From a virus (Duplodnaviria; Caudoviricetes), in the IMG/VR virus record IMGVR_UViG_3300017903_000747, positions 1 to 36,660 of that record: a DNA stretch of 36,660 nt; one strand, given 5' to 3'. Shown one piece after another: positions 34,918 to 36,660 of this stretch; the first letter of the stretch is position 1, and every line of letters starts with the position of its first letter. Below the pieces are notes generated by a model, which saw only the letters and a program-made list of their open reading frames with translations, ran no database searches and was not told the DNA's origin. A program made the position numbers and the translations under genes.

Positions 34918-36269
34918 AGCACAAGGATTTGCACCAGTACCAGCTCCGGGCCGCGCAGTTCATCAAGGACAATCACAACGCGGCGCTGTGGGTGGACATG
35001 GGTTTGGGCAAGACCGTCAGCACGTTGACGGCGATGGTCGATCTGCTTGTCGCCAAGGAAATCAAGAAGGTGCTGGTCATCGCACCGCTGCGGGTGGCGC
35101 AGCACACTTGGCCGACAGAGATTCAGAGCTGGCGGCACCTGAGACCTCTACGCTTCTCAGTCATCGCCGGGCTGAGTCCCGCCAAGCGCGAGGAGGCGAT
35201 GCACTCCTCTGCGCCCATTCACATCATTAACAGGGAGAATGTACCGTGGTTGGTAGACGTTTCAGGGCCAGACTGGCATTACGACTGCGTAGTCATCGAC
35301 GAAAGCAGCAGCTTCAAAAGCCACAGCAGCCAGCGGTGGAAGGCGCTGCGGAAGGTGGTGAAGTCCGGGGCCATCAAGAGGATGGTGCAGCTAACCGGGA
35401 CACCGGCACCCAACAGCTTAATGGAGCTGTGGCCTCAGATCTACCTGCTGGACAAGGGTAAGCGGCTGGGCGACACCAGAGGCAAGTTCCTCGACACATA
35501 CTGCCGTCAAGTCGGCAATCCTCAATGGTCTCAGTATGAGGTCAGAGCTGACCGCGTTGACCTGTTGCAAGAGAGGGTGGCCGATCTGGTGCTACGCATG
35601 GACGCCGAGGACTACCTTGAGCTGCCTCAGCGCATCGACAGCGACGTGGTGGTGTCACTGCCGCCAAAGGCCCGTAAGGCGTATAAGCAGATGCAGGACG
35701 ATTTCCTGATCGAGCTGGAGCGCGGCGAGGTGCTTGCCGCCAACGCCGCAGTCAAGATCAACAAGCTCCTGCAAGTATCCTCCGGCTCCCTCTACACCGA
35801 GGACGGATACGAGGTGCTGCACGACGCCAAGATCGAGGCACTGAAAGAGATCATCGAGACCGCCAACGAGCCGGTGCTTGTGTCTTATAACTTTCAAGCC
35901 GACGCCGAGAGGATCTGCAAGGCGATAAAGGGTGCGGTGGTTCTCAAAAAAGACACAAAGTTAATTGATCGCTGGAACGCTGGCGACGTAGCCGTTATGT
36001 TGGCTCACCCCGCGAGTGCTGGACATGGACTAAACCTCCAAAAAGGAGGGAGCCTCATAGTGTGGTTTGGTCTCTCTTGGTCGCTTGAACTTTATCAACA
36101 GTTCAACGCCCGACTGCACCGTCAGGGACAGACGCGCCCGGTTCGCGTGATCCACCTGCTGGCGGACACTGACGCCGACAGATTGGTCAGAGACGTGTTG
36201 GACGACAAGGATGTCGCGCAGGATCACCTGCTTACATTTGTCGAACAACTACAACTAAAAGTGGAGTAA
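34911..36269 (+). CDS. SNF2-like DEAD/DEAH helicase (start uncertain: ATT 34911 or TTG 34929)
   Basis: MGLGKT, IDES, LTGTP, GHGLNLQ, QFNARLHRQGQ. Confidence 0.93.
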   Translation: MLEHKDLHQYQLRAAQFIKDNHNAALWVDMGLGKTVSTLTAMVDLLVAKEIKKVLVIAPLRVAQHTWPTEIQSWRHLRPLRFSVIAGLSPAKREEAMHSSAPIHIINRENVPWLVDVSGPDWHYDCVVIDESSSFKSHSSQRWKALRKVVKSGAIKRMVQLTGTPAPNSLMELWPQIYLLDKGKRLGDTRGKFLDTYCRQVGNPQWSQYEVRADRVDLLQERVADLVLRMDAEDYLELPQRIDSDVVVSLPPKARKAYKQMQDDFLIELERGEVLAANAAVKINKLLQVSSGSLYTEDGYEVLHDAKIEALKEIIETANEPVLVSYNFQADAERICKAIKGAVVLKKDTKLIDRWNAGDVAVMLAHPASAGHGLNLQKGGSLIVWFGLSWSLELYQQFNARLHRQGQTRPVRVIHLLADTDADRLVRDVLDDKDVAQDHLLTFVEQLQLKVE

Positions 36270-36276
36270 ACAACCT

Positions 36277-36510
36277 ATGAGAAAAACCGACACAGTGAAC
36301 CACCCACCTCATTACAACACCGGGCAGATCGAGTGCATAAAATATCTGGAGGACAATCTAGGTGAGGGCTTCGACTATTACCTAGAGGGCAACATCAAGA
36401 AGTACCTCCACCGCTGGCGCTATAAGGACGCCCCGGTGGAGGATCTGCGGAAAGCTGCGTGGTATCTGGGCAAGCTCATCGAGAGCCAAGTCTTTGCAAA
36501 ACCTGAGTAG
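36277..36510 (+). CDS. DUF3310 protein
   Basis: VNHPPHY...IECI...GNIKKYLHRWRYK...EDLRKAAWYL. Confidence 0.9.
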   Translation: MRKTDTVNHPPHYNTGQIECIKYLEDNLGEGFDYYLEGNIKKYLHRWRYKDAPVEDLRKAAWYLGKLIESQVFAKPE

Positions 36511-36660
36511 CGTTAAGGTGCGTGTAGCGGCGCAGCATATTGATGTCACGGTGGCCTGAGAACAGCGCCACCGTCATGGCATCCAGACCCAGCTCGAACA
36601 ACCGACTGCACCCCTCGTGGCGCAGATCGTGCCAGCGGACATCGAGGCCGATGCGGTTCC
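36476..36660 (-). CDS. int: Tyrosine integrase C-terminal part
   Basis: Reads ...HDLRHEG...RRYTHLNATQVLQRLGSR* with TGA at 36476-36478. Confidence 0.9.
   Translation of the reverse strand, partial: NRIGLDVRWHDLRHEGCSRLFELGLDAMTVALFSGHRDINMLRRYTHLNATQVLQRLGSR
36520..36660 (+). repeat. Terminal direct repeat, right copy (likely assembly overlap)
   Basis: Identical to 1-141. Confidence 0.95.

Larger units (their letters stand above)
1..36660. mobile_element. Complete circularised temperate tailed phage genome (podovirus-like, APSE-type replication module)
   Basis: Terminase, portal, capsid, tail, lysis, integrase and replication genes all present; contig ends overlap by 141 bp; no host genes and no tape-measure or sheath gene seen. 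Confidence 0.95.

Noticed and set aside
1-36660. tRNA or rRNA genes
   Set aside because: No cloverleaf with a T-loop consensus found by eye in the intergenic regions; tRNAscan-SE/ARAGORN would confirm

Overview
The window is an apparently complete, circularly assembled ~36.5 kb temperate podovirus genome (bases 1-141 equal 36520-36660, so the unique length is 36,519 bp); the host is probably a marine proteobacterium (inference). Modules: an Rci/dusA-integrase-like tyrosine integrase spanning the contig join, with an IHF-rich attP-like region; a minus-strand late operon (terS, terL, portal, scaffold, capsid, adaptor, collagen/S74 tail fibre, 2OG-Fe(II) oxygenase, lysis genes, tail and ejection proteins, an ART-like protein, small basic proteins); a minus-strand early region (Cro-like HTH, primase-helicase, HNH-like nuclease, small genes); and a plus-strand APSE-like replication operon (split DUF2800, DUF2815, PolA, VRR-NUC, SNF2, DUF3310). 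The most notable signals are a gene-cassette array built from a duplicated ~110 bp promoter/operator/RBS block plus four stop-codon-in-loop hairpins, a ~240 nt intergenic element with nested stems and two possible pseudoknots, two SutA-like proteins, an orphan copy of the integrase arm-like repeat beside an IHF site between terS and terL, and no recognisable CI repressor. All family names come from motif recognition by eye, not database searches.
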